The notes beneath the pieces were generated by a model. That model was not told where the DNA came from and made no database searches. It saw nothing but the letters and a program-made list of their open reading frames with translations. This document shows, in pieces, positions 62,793 through 64,000 of a stretch of DNA of 64,000 bases (position 1 is its first letter; each line of letters opens with the position of its first letter). The stretch is taken from the NCBI RefSeq assembly GCF_009914755.1, contig NC_060948.1, one strand, 5' to 3'. This DNA is from the human T2T-CHM13v2.0 reference genome, Homo sapiens. Position numbers and translations under genes: made by a program.

Positions 62793-64000
62793 TACGTATA
62801 CATTATGTATATAATAATATACAGTATCATATATATAATATATATAACCTATGTATAATATTGTTTTACATCCTGCATCTTATGTTATATATATTGTATA
62901 AAATATAATAATTGATAATATATAAATTTTATAATTATACAATATGACATATAGTATATATTATAATTTATGACATATATAATATATGTTATATATCATA
63001 TATAGAATATATTATACGGTTAATATACGTATTAAATATAAATTATACATTATATATATTATATATAATATATCTGTTATATATAATACCCATTATGCAT
63101 AATATATATATTATGTCTATGTTATATATAGTATAAAACAACATATAATAATATATAATTGTATATAGAAAACGCGACATATAATATATATTATATTTTA
63201 TGACATATGTAATATATATTATATAAAATACGTTGTATGTATAATACCTATATTAAATATATATTATATGACTATGTTATTAATTACATGTCACATGTGT
63301 TATATATTATATATTTTACATAGAATATACCGGTTACATACAATATATACTATGTTACCTATAATGTATAATTTATTACATGTAAAATAAAGAATGCAAT
63401 ATATTATGTAAAATTTATAATATACAATATGTGGAATGTGATATATATAACATATAATATATGATATATGATATACAGTATATGATATATAACATACAAT
63501 ATATGATTCCTAATATATATGGTATACAATATATATTTTATGAGGTGTATTCTATATGTTTTATATTCTGTTATATATAACTATTTGAAATTATATATAA
63601 CTGTATAATATTTTACGTAAATATGTAATATAATATATATAACTATATAATATATTATATATAACTATATATTATGTTATATATACTTTTATAACATAAT
63701 TTACATAAAATATCATAATATAATATATATTATATTATTTCATATTACATAATATATATTACATATCACCCAATATAACTAACATACATAATATTATAAT
63801 ATAGATTATATTGTGTTATATTAAATATCATATATATCATGTATCATATATTCTATAATATATATTACACATTATATAATATGTATGTTGTCTATTATGT
63901 GATATATATAACTATATATATAATTATATTTTTATACATATAACTAGATAAACATGTAATTCTACATATTTTCATTTATAATATGTAGAATTATATAATC
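62793..64000. repeat. AT-rich subunit leading into partial unit 27 (cut by the window end)
   Basis: Matches the AT-rich block of unit 22, including its rare variants. Confidence 0.88.

Overview
The whole 64 kb window is one uninterrupted head-to-tail tandem array of a ~2.42 kb unit (26 complete copies plus a partial 27th, all in the same orientation). Each unit has three parts: ~1.55 kb of extremely AT-rich degenerate (TA)n-like sequence, a ~292 bp diverged minus-strand Alu, and ~570 bp of complex HSATI-type sequence. This architecture, plus a predicted ~2.15 kb HaeIII fragment, matches the human DYZ2 / HSat1B satellite, which lies mainly in Yq12 heterochromatin with smaller arrays on acrocentric short arms. 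I see no credible protein-coding or RNA gene, and the ORF track only reflects the repeat. I found no new biological system. The real information is in the copy-to-copy variants, which record the array's history: a dimer-like duplication (units 1-5), a two-step triplication (units 6-9), a local clade (units 11-14), a 7-bp-deletion subfamily (units 20-27) containing a 12,065 bp five-unit duplication, and short clustered-variant patches that look like conversion tracts. Unit starts used here: 1, 2421, 4841, 7259, 9679, 12096, 14514, 16933, 19352, 21771, 24193, 26613, 29033, 31453, 33873, 36293, 38708, 41126, 43546, 45966, 48379, 50792, 53205, 55618, 58031, 60444, 62857.
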